A stretch of 63,526 bases of DNA, the filler included, from Octopus bimaculoides (Eukaryota), in the NCBI RefSeq assembly GCF_001194135.2. It is 4 parts of 4 records of this genome, joined end to end, with 100 filler letters (N's around TTAATTAATTAA, not from the genome) between each part and the next. Parts side by side here need not be neighbours in the genome. Positions count along the whole stretch, not along the records: positions 1 to 16,860 come from NC_068984.1; 3 more parts are not named here. One strand, given 5' to 3'. Each line of letters opens with the position of its first letter. The first letter of the stretch is position 1. Made by a program: the position numbers and the translations under genes. The notes below the pieces were generated by a model. That model did not search any database and was not told the origin of the DNA. It was given only the letters and a program-made list of their open reading frames with translations. This document shows positions 1 through 12,000 of the stretch, piece by piece.

Positions 1-59
<59 letters not shown>

Positions 60-230
60 TACATTCATATATGTATACATATATATTATATATGTGCGTG
101 TGTGTATGTGTGTGTGTGTATGTGTGTGTATGTGTGTACATATATTATATCAATAGGTAATTGGTATATGTGTATATAAGTATATATGTATAATATGAAA
201 TACATATCGATATATATTATTAATAAACAT

Positions 231-301
<71 letters not shown>

Positions 302-335
302 CATTTATATATATTGTATTATTTTATATTATATA
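1..335. repeat. (AT)n/(AC)n compound microsatellite
   Basis: Direct reading. The YI/HT ORFs here are repeat translations. Confidence 0.95.
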
Positions 336-1399
336 TTATATACCATCAGTGATGATAAAAACATGTGCGTACAATTATATTTAAACGTTCGTGCACACTC
401 AAACGCGTAAAGTCCTCCTTCCTATGAGGGGACACGTATTTCTCTCAGTGGCAAGTTTCATCAGCTATCGACGTATGCGTTTAATTAATTACAGCTTGAC
501 AAAGTTTTGCATACATCAGTAAATTTATTATATTCTTGTTGAAATATAAGAACGGCAGTTCTTAGTGCACTGGAACAGTGGATTTGTTATCTGTAACTGA
601 TGAAGTATAATGATGCAGAAAGACGTGCCCCACGGTTTGATGACCTCGATTATATTTCAGTTTTTTTTCTCTCCCATGAAAGTTTCCACGAGAAATGTTG
701 TTTCCAAATATGAATGTACTCGTATGTCTTAAATACAAATGTACACACACACAGATATATATGCATATGCATATATATATATATCTTTCCGCGCTGATAA
801 GTGTATATTTAATATATACATACATATATATATATATATATATANNNNNNNNNNNNNNNNNNNNNNNNNNNNNNNNNNNNNNNNNNNNNNNNNNNNNNNN
901 NNNNNNNNNNNNNNNNNNNNNNNNNNNNNNNNNNNNNNNNNNNNNNNNNNNNNNNNNNNNNNNNNNNNNNNNNNNNNNNNNNNNNNNNNNNNNNNNNNNN
1001 NNNNNNNNNNNNNNNNNNNNNNNNNNNNNNNNNNNNNNNNNNNNNNNTGGAGGAAACTTTTGATCAGCTATCAAACTAATTTATGAGCGCATAACAAGTG
1101 ATGGGCGATAAGATAAGGCCACTTGGGTAAGGAATGACCATGCTTCTTTTCTCTTTTAAGAATGCTTCTTGTTCTTGTTCTTGTTTCAACCATGGCTGCC
1201 TCTGCGTAGTTATTTGTGTTGTTGTTTACTTCGTAAAACAGTAAGGGAAGAGGGTTGCTAGCACATCACCCTCTACCCACATTTTTCCCAGCCACATCTT
1301 TACCATATGGGGCCCTAACAAAATCCAATAATAGGTATAGATGCAAATCTGTCTAATTACTTGTCTCCTTCTAAAATCAAGCATAACTTGGCCATCGGT

Positions 1400-2527
1400 C
1401 GACTTACAACACCGTTCTTCGTCTTGAGTTTACTCTGTAAGGTGTTTGTTAACTTGACAACAAGGTCAAGGTGAGCTCTGATTGGCTGTATGCAAATGAA
1501 TCCATTGCTGGGGTCCGAAACTCTCGTGGGAAAAGCAATTTCGCAAACCAGCATCCTCCACCATTACCAGCGCCAGTAGCCCCTGCAGCAACAACAACTG
1601 CAGCAACAACAACGACAGCACCACAGGCAACACGTGATCGGCACCCACGCCACCCCCTGCGATGCCAACACCAGCACCAAAAGCAGTAGCCCCTACTCCA
1701 GCAGCGATAACACCACCGACGGTACCAGAGGAAACGGTAGCAGTGGCAGCAACAGCAGCAGCAACAGCACCAATAATAGCAGCATCTACAACAGCAACAG
1801 ACACAACGGAAACGGTAGCAGCAACAACAGCACCAACAGCAGCAGCACTTACAACAGCAACAGGCACAACGATAGCAACAACAGGCGTAATGACATCCCG
1901 TGCCCACAGAAGCACGTGGGATACACTGGGAACTCTCTCAAGCAACGTATTTCCAATCATCTGCCCTCCTTCAGAGCCCCGAAAAGGAGATACTTGACAT
2001 CATTGGCTAGCTATATCTGGCAATCATGAGACGAGGAGATCCCATACTCGATTGCATGGAAAACATTTGAGAACACAGACCCCTACATAAACGGGTCGAA
2101 ATGGCACAAGTTATGCATTGCTGAGCGCACGAGGATCCTTAAAGACTCGCTCGTGCCAGGGGAACATCCTGAACTTCAGAACAGAGATTTTCGAACCATG
2201 CCTGCATTTTAGAAAATTCCTGCTAGCCTTTTGGAATCTGCATGGCGGCACCGCAGCCGGAAACCAATAGCCAAAGCCTAAGGGAGACAATCGTTTACCT
2301 TCGTGGTGCTTTGGTGACCTTAAGATGAACGCAAGATGGCAGCACAGCCGAAGATCGATGGACAATGACAAAAGGTGATAATTACCTAAGATTTTCCCCT
2401 TGAAAGCGAGGCTTTTCCTCCTCCATATTTTAAAGAGGTCACAGGCCAGCAGCATTTGGGGTCTGAAGAGAAGCCCAGGGTAACCCCATAAATTGGCGTA
2501 CTCCACGATAATATTTACATCTTACAG
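1400..2527 (+). mobile_element. Penelope-like element remnant: RT-EN linker, GIY-YIG endonuclease and 3' terminal region
   Basis: From about 1895 the frame reads PCPQKHVGYTGNSLKQRISNHLPSFRAPKRRYLTSLASYIWQS*DEEIPYSIAWKTFENTDPYINGSKWHKLCIAERTRIL. This matches the PLE GIY-YIG pattern YIG.T...FK.R..NH..SF......T.LS.YIW.LK......I.W.......Y..GSK.C.LC..EK..IL. In-frame stop present. The upstream NKVKVS resembles the PLE RT C-terminal motif. Confidence 0.8.
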
Positions 2528-2647
2528 TGTGTTTCTCCTCCGGATTTNNNNNNNNNNNNNNNNNNNNNNNNNNNNNNNNNNNNNNNNNNNNNNNNNNNNN
2601 NNNNNNNNNNNNNNNNNNNNNNNNNNNNNNNNNNNNNNNNNNNNNNN

Positions 2648-2682
<35 letters not shown>

Positions 2683-4495
2683 ATATATATACAAACATAT
2701 GTATCTATGTGTATATGTATATAGGTGTATATATATATATGTATATATGTATATATCTATCCATATATAAATATATGCATACATACATATTAAATATACA
2801 AATACACACACACACACACACACACATACACACACACATACACATATATATTATGTTTACATAACGAGAATTTCAAACAACAGAATTTGACCCAATCAAT
2901 AGACGTTAAGACGATATTACACAACGCCAAGTAATAGTCATAGTGGCCACATCTCAATTGCCGAGACAGATATAATGAAAGACAGTCGCACACATACACA
3001 CAGAAAAATTACTATCTTTCAGTGTTTCTCCAAATATAATGTAAATCACTTGAGTCAAACACTTAAAAAATAATAATGAAATGAAAGCGAATTGATATCG
3101 TAGTAATTATTAACTATTTTTCAGTTATAAAATAAATTTTATCACTAACAAGAATAAATGGGAAATTGACAGATTTAAGTGAGATAACTTTTGTAGCTAT
3201 TAGTAAGAGACATTTTAAACTATTAACTATACCTAACATTTGCAAATTTGTCAATTTACCAACACGGAATGGAAGTCGAACAAATAAATCAAAGATATAG
3301 ATATACAGAAATATTTTCATTTACTGAAAACATACGTAGTTTTTCTGCGCTATAAAGCTTTGTGAATATTGTTTCAACATTTTTTTGCCATTTCGGTGAG
3401 AGCACTGAACCTAGAGGTTCAAGTTTTGTTAATACCCATGAGGCCAAGAAAAAGCAGTTCATAGTTCCATAAACAAAGTAAGTAGGTAAGCTAGTTTTTA
3501 AATTGAGTGTATTGTAATCAACATTTAAATCTTTTGATACCAACCTATTTTCGACGGTCCTTAGTTTTGTGATACAAATTTGTTTTGAAAATATCTAAAC
3601 ATGGTATAGTATAGAAAGAAAGATAACAAGATAACGCCGTTAGTGTGAGTTGTTAGGAAGGTGAAGAAGGAGGATGAAATATTGTAACTGAATAGATCAA
3701 AGGAAATTTAGAGAAGTTAAAAGAAATTAAAAGCGATTAAGAACAAGACAAGAGAAGGCGAATTGGACTTTTTTTAAGCAATCTAAAAAAAAAACGCTTA
3801 AAGAAACAGTTGCTTAAAGAAATTTTCGCTTTCTTTTTAAAGCTTAATATAAACTTCATAAACTTCACACATTATTTAAACATGTTCCATCAAAATGTTT
3901 TAATTTCTGCTCTGAATACCAGCTTATTAACAAAATAATTTTACAAAATTTTTCATTATTTTCTAATTTTCTTCAAATAGAGATGGGTACCTCAACAGAA
4001 ATATGGTAAAAAAAAAAATTGCACAACAAATACCACTACACCCAGAAAGGAGAGAAACTAAAGCAATTTGAAGTATGTTTTGAGAATCATTGCTGTGGAA
4101 ATAAGTTTGGGCCAGACAATATGGCATTGATCTTGAACTCGTGGGCCTCTCAGATAATAAATTCTCGGCAAAATTTGTTCAATAACGTTACTCTGTTGTC
4201 GAAATGAAATAATTCATAGTTGGATTGACAATGGTTTTCATTTCCTTCATTTTTTATGATACTTCAGTCAGATGGCATGAGCAGACCTTTGCAGTCCGTC
4301 CGATCTTAGTAAGATTGATAAAGTTGAACACTTATAAGCTGACATTGGTAGATAGAGTGTGGAGACGAACGAAATTTTAGAAAATTAATCGTCTTACAAG
4401 AAAGAAGTAAGCATATTTATAAATGCGAGGCCTCGGAAATAGATACAGCAGGGCAAACAAGAGGAGAGAATAGTATGCAGCTAGCATACTAGAAC

Positions 4496-4640
4496 CTTGT
4501 TAAATTTCTTCCAACCACTTGAAGATTTTTAAGTTTTTACTTCTATTTCTTTTTTTCAAAAAATTTATTTCTGATGTAGTTTTGCATACTGATGCCGAAA
4601 ATCATATTCATTTTTTTTTTCTAGAAATTAATAATGAAAA
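4496..4640 (+). repeat. Inverted repeat arm A (partner at 5775-5915); probable DNA-transposon subterminal sequence
   Basis: CTTGTTAAATTTCTTCCAACC and ATGTAGTTT..CTGATG.CGAAAATC..ATTCATTTT..TTCTAGAAA recur reverse-complemented at 5775-5915. Confidence 0.7.
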
Positions 4641-4959
4641 AAGTTACAACCAATTAAAATTATATAATTTTAGCTAATCAAAGCGTCGGTTGCCGAATTT
4701 ATGGGAAGTCGTGACATTTTGTCCCCATGTGAATAGCATACACGAAACCTTTATGTGATCTCTAAACCTGAAAGGAATAACAGACAAAGCTTCCTTAAAT
4801 TACACCATAAAGTCTAAACGAAATCAAAAAGGACGATACATTGTGTCACAATTTCCACGGATATAATCTTTTATCGAACGCATGACCCTTAAAACACTTA
4901 TCACAAATCTTATGGCAAGATTGTTTTACAGGGTTTGGTGGTGAAGAAAGAATACCATC

Positions 4960-5330
4960 AATATTTCTTGCTCTTGAAAAGTTTGACGAAAGTAACATCA
5001 TTCTACAGACATCAGCAAATCATTCACCGTGTATCTCACAAGAACCTCCTAAATAAATTGTTTACATAATAGCCTCATCTACGTCACAGTTTTCGGTCGA
5101 AAGCTTCCTATCAAGATCACTTCGTTGTAACGTGTGCAGTTGGGTCTCTGTCTCATCCACTCTACATCATCTCAGGTGTTCTCTACACTTTTACTTATCA
5201 CACCAGAGATTATGCAGTGTAGGTCACACAGAGACCTATGTCGATTTTTCTCTTCTTCCTGTACGACGTAGCTTTTTCCACATAGGTTTCACATACAACA
5301 TTCCTGTCAAACCTATATTGCCGCCGCTAT
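4960..5330 (-). mobile_element. Degenerate Helitron PIF1-helicase fragment, inverted copy of about 6460-6825
   Basis: The reverse complement aligns continuously (roughly 80% by eye) to 6460-6825. Confidence 0.6.
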
Positions 5331-5774
5331 CATAATCATCATTACTACACTTCATATAATTTCAACATTGGTAATCAATTCTTTCTCTGCTACCACCACC
5401 ACGCCATTCTTTTAAACTAAGAAAAGAGAAAGTATATTTAATATCGATCTGTGGGACTCAGTAAGTGTTCGATAAAATATCACATCTATTGAATTTAAAT
5501 GTTATGGACAGCATTCAACAAATGAAAACCACTTGAGCCTACCTCAAGGAAATAAACGGTGCAGTGGCACAATGGGTTGCCTTTTTTGTTTTTTGTTTAT
5601 TACACATTGTATTGTAGTTTAAGGAAGATTTAGCTGCTAATTCTAGCTGATTGATAGAACACATAAAGATTTCGCGTGTTCTGTTCCCATAGGGGAAAGA
5701 GTCACAACTCCTAGTGTATCTGACAATGAAGGCTGCTGAATGGTTAAAATTTCATAATTTTAAATGACAGTAAC

Positions 5775-5915
5775 TTCTTTTTTTTTTTATTTCTAGAAGA
5801 AAATGAATGCGATTTTCGTCATCAGCCTGCTAAACTACATAAGAAGTATATTTTTTTTAAATAATCTGGTAAAAATTTCAGAAAATTTAATGGGTTGGAA
5901 GAAATTTAACAAGAT
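5775..5915 (-). repeat. Inverted repeat arm A' (partner of 4496-4640)
   Basis: Its reverse complement aligns to 4496-4640, including a 21-bp exact match. Confidence 0.7.
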
Positions 5916-6349
5916 CGGCATACTATTCCCAAACCTGGGAACTGTATACTAGCAACATATCATTCTAATATTTTGTCGAGCATGGTATATAACTGTCTAG
6001 CTTTGACGAGCGAAGACCCTTGTTGTGATAGAATGTACCGAGTCATGAGACAGAGTCCATTAGGCAGACGTTGAAATACATTGAAATGAGTTTTTGATAA
6101 TCAATTTGATGGCTTGCTTTTGTTCTTTATGATGTTAAAGTGCTTAACAGCCACACTGTCTGAGATAAGTTTTACTGAAGCCTTGTGGAAAGTCGATACA
6201 GATCAGAGCTGAAGCATTTCTCTCGTTATAAACATGGAATGCAGTTTTTACTGTATTATATGTGTATAAAGCTATGAAAGTTTACCAGAGCTGTGAAGCC
6301 TAGCATCTATAGAGACTTTGCCAGTATCAGATGCGTGCTGACATCGATC

Positions 6350-6910
6350 AAACGGAGCGATGTCGTTTCCTTGATACAAGCAGTGATTGTAACTCTGTGC
6401 AGTTAAAAAAAAATAAGATTGTCATGTTTTCATTAGAAATTAGCTTCAACGTCTTGGTTCATGGCGGCAGTATAGGTTTGACTTAAATTGTCTATGTTGG
6501 ATGTGGAATCTACGTGCAAAAAGCTAGGTCATACAGGAAGAAGAGCAAAATTGACATAGGTCTCTGTATGACCTACACTCCATCATCTCTGGTGGGATAA
6601 ATAAAACTGTACAACACCAGAGATGATGTAGAGTGAGTGAGATAGAGACCCAACTGCACACGCTGCAACGAAGTGACCTTGGTAGGAAGCTTTCGACCGA
6701 AAACCGTGACGCAGATGAAGCTATTATGTAAACAATTTATTTAGGAGGTTCTTGTGAGGGACATATCCAATGATTTGCTGGAGAATGATGTTACTTTCAC
6801 CGAACTTTTCACGAGCAAGAAACCGCTGGTGAGTGACATGGGAGAGAAATCCTTGGTAAACCGGGCTATACTGATGTCATTGAACAAAGAGAATGTCATT
6901 CAGCATTAGA
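6350..6910 (+). mobile_element. Degenerate Helitron PIF1-helicase fragment
   Basis: Across frameshifts it reads RCRFLD ... KIVM ... I-ASTLVHGG ... ESTC ... IDIGL-DLHSIISGG ... TRDDVE ... NDLLENDVTFTELF ... LVNRAILMSLNKENV. These are collinear with the Helitron helicase motifs GIAATLL.GG, FGGK and RAILAPLN..V. Confidence 0.55.
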
Positions 6911-6984
6911 GAAGGTTATCATTCACCACTGTTCCCATTTCCTTTGAGATAGTAAAAGTGAAAGCAAAATGTCATTAGGTTGCA

Positions 6985-7152
6985 AGGCGGCGAACGGGCA
7001 GAATGGTTAGCGGTTTCGTCCGCCTTTACGTACTGAGCTCAAATTCCCCCGAGGCCGACTTTGCCTTTCATCCCTGTTGAGCCCTAGGGTCGATGTATTC
7101 GACTATCCCCCTCGCTCGAACTTGCTGACCTTGTGCCAGAATTTGAAATCAA
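6985..7152 (+). mobile_element. tRNA-derived SINE type B (internally deleted)
   Basis: GGCGGCGAAC..GCAGAA head, GAGCTCAAATTCC B-box and CGACTTTGCCTTTCATCC core shared with the other type B copies. Confidence 0.8.
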
Positions 7153-8354
7153 CATGTCAATAATTTGCAGGATGAAGACCTACGTAGAGAGAGAACGACT
7201 TGAGGTTTGGAAAACATAACGTTTGTTGGAGGAGAGAAACACTTGAGAGTGAGGAGAAGAACAATCTAAAGGTCAGTGGCCTTTAAAACGACCACAGTGT
7301 TTTTGCACTTACCGTTTATATTGTTATTGATGTTGTTTAATTCTAGGTAACGCCTAATATAATACTGAAACCTAAACAAGGTTTATTATTCAAAGCGGTT
7401 TGACCATCCCGTTTTTATTTTCAAGCAGTACATGTAGAACTACATTATCCGTTGTGCCCTTTCTCTTTCTATGCCGTCTAGATTCATTTGAGATCTATTT
7501 GGTTGCTATTTGTAGCTGGTCTAGTAACCGGATTCTGGCTCTGCGATTGGCTCGTGAAGTGCACGTTCTGGTGAGATTGGCAAAAAAGAAAATAATAAGA
7601 TTATTTAGGAGAGCTTTGAAGCGTTGGAAGCATAGCTAGTAATAAATGTGTAAGTTTTCGCGGCAGAAGTTCTAATTACAGAATCATCCTGGGTGATAAT
7701 AAGTGGATAGGAAGATTCCGTACAGATGACAAAGATTCTGTTGGCAAATATACTGAAATACCAATAGTAATCTAGAAGATTTTGCAGACAGTGCAGCGCA
7801 CAAAAACATATTTGCTTTTCGGATGATTACTGTGCAAGATTTACAGCAGCAAGTAATAGCCACACAATTCAGAAAGATGGATGTGTTTTTTCCGGTTAAT
7901 TATGATGTGTGTTCTTTGTTTCTACTGCTTAACAGAAGCAGCATCTGAAATACTTGGAAATTAAGGAGTTACAGGTTTTGATTTTTAGAAGGATGTGAAG
8001 GGGCATATCTAAGAGTATGGCTTCCGTTGCCAGCTCAATTAAGATCACGCCGGTTAGTACGTTAGTGGATGCCCTTCTATGAAGAATGATTGTACAATCT
8101 GATTGACGCATACGGCGGATCAGTGATGTTTATTAAAACCACACGTAAGTATTCTTACTTTACGTAACTATTTTTCCTACTGTCAAAAGGTTACATAACT
8201 TTAAGAGAATTCATCTCACGAGTGTTAAGTTACGAAAAATAAATTAATATTATAACATTTCTAAGTAATATTACAATTTACACAAACTTGAATGTTTAGT
8301 ATTGATACCTTTCATTTATCGATAACTTTGTTATTTCTAGACAGAATTCAGCAT

Positions 8355-8620
8355 AGTAAAGGCTATTTGCCAACATAATGTGGCTGTCCTGGAAGGGACA
8401 AATGTTACTGTTGTTTAGCCACAGGAAACATCGTTTCCAGCTGGCTATATGACACAATGTCTGTATCCTTATATTTTCTAACAGGGAGTCCAGCACAAAA
8501 ATATAAAGACGCAGATATTGTGTCGTATAGCCAGCAGGAAACGATGTTTCCTAGGGTTAAACAACAGTAACATTTGTCTCTTCCAGGACAACCACATTAT
8601 GTTGGAAAATAGCCTTTACT
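8355..8620. mobile_element. Foldback/MITE-like element with about 113-bp inverted arms
   Basis: 8355-8467 versus the reverse complement of 8508-8620: 11 mismatches in 113 bp, counted by eye. Confidence 0.85.
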
Positions 8621-9258
8621 TTAAAGAACGGTTACTGAATGTCTCTCTTTGAGAGATTTAGAAATAATAATGTTTCTAGAATTCAGTATGTATAAATACA
8701 TATTTTAAAAATTAAACCAGTGAAGATTATATCTCCCCAGTTATAATAGGGGAAAATTCTATTACGTACGAGCAACTTTAAGGTCAGAACAGCATAGTGT
8801 GAACCAAGAATAATAATCATTTCTACAAAACTGAGGCGGAATATTAAATAAACATTACGGTGGATACATTTTATCATAATCTAAAACTATTCTTACATCG
8901 TAACTAACAGTTTCGCTACTCCGATTTTCTCACAATGAAGTAAATTTACGTTCAAGGGGTTTTTTTTTTTTTTTTTTAATCTATATATTTAGGATATGAG
9001 ACTTGGAGTGAATGGGAGGCGTCATAACAAGTGTTGTTTGTGGTAACAGAATTAAACAAAGCATTTCAGAGAGACAATGACACGAGAACAACATTTAGCA
9101 GTCAACATTTGTGCAGTCACGCACTTGTAAAGAAATGAACAAATGAACCAACCAACTAATATTGATGTGTTGACATGAATAGTGTAATGCAAATATGAGA
9201 AAGAAAATAAAAGTCGATAAATACTAATAACAACAACAACAACAACAACAACATCAAC

Positions 9259-9332
<74 letters not shown>

Positions 9333-9334
<2 letters not shown>

Positions 9335-9862
9335 GCCTTCATGCAGTACCAGGCAGTGGCTCTCATGGCTTTTGATCTTAACTGATTTAAGTGTTATCAT
9401 GTACATTGTTTTGTCTTGGTATAAAAGATGGGCTAAAGCAAATATTCTGCTCAATACCACAGATTTGCTTGTTAGTTGCTTGACCTTAACTAGTTGAGCA
9501 TGTCCTTTGGTGGCTGACGATATGTGCATCTCTGATCACGAGCAAATCATAGCCATGTGTCGAGAGGAATTCTTTGGGGTTTGAATAATTCACCTCTGGA
9601 AACATGGGTGTTTTGTTCATCATCCTTAAAACAAACTTTTTTCAGGGACCTTTTGAGTGGGATGGGCTACTCGACCTGAAGAAAATTCTAACTGGGCCCT
9701 ACCTGCGAGGTCATGCGCTGTTTATCTTGATATGAGATCACCATGTGGCGCACATATGGCTGTGATGCATGTGCCTGGTGTACCCTTATCATGATGGGTA
9801 TATTAGGCTTCTTATATTTGTACCCCAGTGTCACTTTGATGGCATATGCTGCTCTCTCACTC
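9333..9862. mobile_element. About 530-bp non-coding interspersed element embedded in (AAT)n/(AAC)n
   Basis: Complex, GC-richer segment with both ends directly abutting (AAT)n. No meaningful ORF. I recall it as a recurrent octopus repeat but have not verified this. Confidence 0.65.
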
Positions 9863-9903
<41 letters not shown>

Positions 9904-10299
9904 CAACAACAACAACAACAACAACAATAACAATAATAATAATAATAATAATAATAATAATCTATTGCTAAATTTATATTCCACAGAAGTCCACATTCTG
10001 TTACCGCGTGCATATAAATTATACAGTTCTTATAAACTTCAGACTGATCACTTCGTCCTATAAAAGATGCCAAATAGTACACATAAAAGCGATATCATTC
10101 GACCCATGAGGAATTTTAAAATGCGTACTTGTATTCTCTAAGTATAAGGAAAAGATGAAAGATGGAACAAAAACACAAGGATATTAGTAGAAAATTAAGC
10201 TGATACACGCTAAGAATGATGATAATTTAAATAATGGGGTGGACCTTCTTCCTCGGGCCTTACAAATAAAACAGCAAATGCATAAATGGTAGTGAAAGG

Positions 10300-11485
10300 A
10301 ATATATTTCTGTGCTAAATGTATATTTTACATAGACTCATTAATTTCCCAAACGAAGCCATGGGAATATTCTCAAATAAATTCTTGAAGGAAATTGCCCA
10401 GGTTTAAACGTAACGTAAGCACTAGACGGGCTAACATGAGAATAAGGATTTTAAGAAACGAAACGTATTAAGATTCGAAATAGAAGGCTTAAAAGAAAGA
10501 AAACATAACACAAATACAAGCAACAAACACTAAACAAGCAATATATTTTTAAAGCATGCGAAACGTAAATCACAAAGATAGGCATAACAAGCACAAAACA
10601 GATAAATTAAACATAATCCCACCCAAACCCTAAGGAGAGATAGAGAATTCTGATAAACTAAACCCAAATTTGAGCAACACAAAGAAAAATATTAGTAAAA
10701 GGAAATATGTGGAAGATTTTAAGAATAGAAATTTCTAAATATGGAAACGATGAACATAAAAATGTAAATGTGAAAATAATTTCTCAAAATTAAAAGGAAT
10801 AGATTTCTCTAAGGACCAACAGAATTATCTTCCAAAGATTAAATTTAATAGAAAAAGGGCAACAACAATAAAACCTGGCCATTACAGATCTAATAAAACA
10901 GACACGAATATCAATATCACCAGGTTAAAAAAATAATACCTCCTGTTTGCAAGTAATTTGGCTGTGCCATCAGATACATTCAAAATGGAATATCAAAACC
11001 CAAGCAAGCAACACGGAAATGAAACATTAAGAAAATGACAGAAAATAAAGGAAAAGATCTCTTAATCCTTAATAGAAATCAATATTATACAATACAATAG
11101 AAAAAAGCTAAGGCAAACACTACAGAGATATAATATAACAAAGAAAGTATCCAAGTTAAAAAACGTGTATGAAACCAGTGATCCTGGCTAAATAGTAAAG
11201 AATCCGTCAGCATGAAAAGTGACGCCAGTTCTTTGAACAAAAGAAGCAATTCCACACCAACTCAAAATGAATTCATCTAGAAGTAGGTATAAATAGAATA
11301 GAAATGAATTCAAAACATCAACAAGATAATTAGAATACTTTGAAAAAACGTGGGTCGCAAATAAATCACTACCAAGGAATTTGTTCAAAACAACGAACCC
11401 AGAATCTGTGCAGCTGTGAGAGGCCATAAAAAAACACAGAGGTCGAGTAAATGTTGAAATAAGCAAACAGGAAAGCACTACATGA
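10300..11485 (+). mobile_element. Highly degenerate Penelope-like ORF N-terminal/pre-RT remnant
   Basis: A-rich coding-like strand. ENKGKDLLILNRNQY at about 11040 resembles the PLE motif ADKG..LVILNR.DY. Many stops. Confidence 0.4.
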
Positions 11486-11505
11486 TTGATAAGATTCCAA
11501 AATTT

Positions 11506-11717
11506 AGGCTTCAAATTTTGGCACAAGGCCAGCAATTTCGGAAAAGGGACAAGTCGATTGCTTTGAAGCCCAATGTTCAATTAGCACTATTTTTTCGATC
11601 CGAAAAGATGAAAGGCAAAGTCGACCTCAACGAATTTGAACTCAGACTCTAAAGACGAAGGAAATACCACTAAGCACTTTACCTGGCGCGCTAACAATTG
11701 TGCCAGCTTGGCACCCT
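11506..11717 (-). mobile_element. SINE type B with 17-bp target-site duplication
   Basis: ATAAGATTCCAAAATTT at 11489-11505 and 11718-11734 flanks a full type B body. Confidence 0.9.
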
Positions 11718-11851
11718 ATAAGATTCCAAAATTTTGATTTAAAAAAAAATTAACAAGGACACCGAAGGCGCTAGCAGAGGTAGTTAATAACATCTAGACA
11801 AAGCCAGAGACAACATATGACTGTCTAACAGACAGGAATACTATTTTAATC

Positions 11852-11904
<53 letters not shown>

Positions 11905-11908
<4 letters not shown>

Positions 11909-12000
11909 TACATTTAAACATATAAGAGGTATCCGTCATAGGATTCCTTGCACACTAGAAGGAACAGCTAAAATCCAAACCACTATTAGGGATAAACTTC
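11905..12000 (-). mobile_element. Truncated copy of the Tc1-type MITE found at 56439-56570
   Basis: AGTGTACATTTAAACA.ATAAGAG TIR, plus an internal segment whose reverse complement matches TTATCCCTAA..GTGGTTTGGA...CTCCTTCTAG of the intact copy. Confidence 0.7.

Noticed and set aside
1449-1907. Cys-rich ORF resembling a metallothionein or keratin-associated protein
   Set aside because: It is the antisense reading of the GCA/ACA low-complexity linker inside a Penelope remnant.
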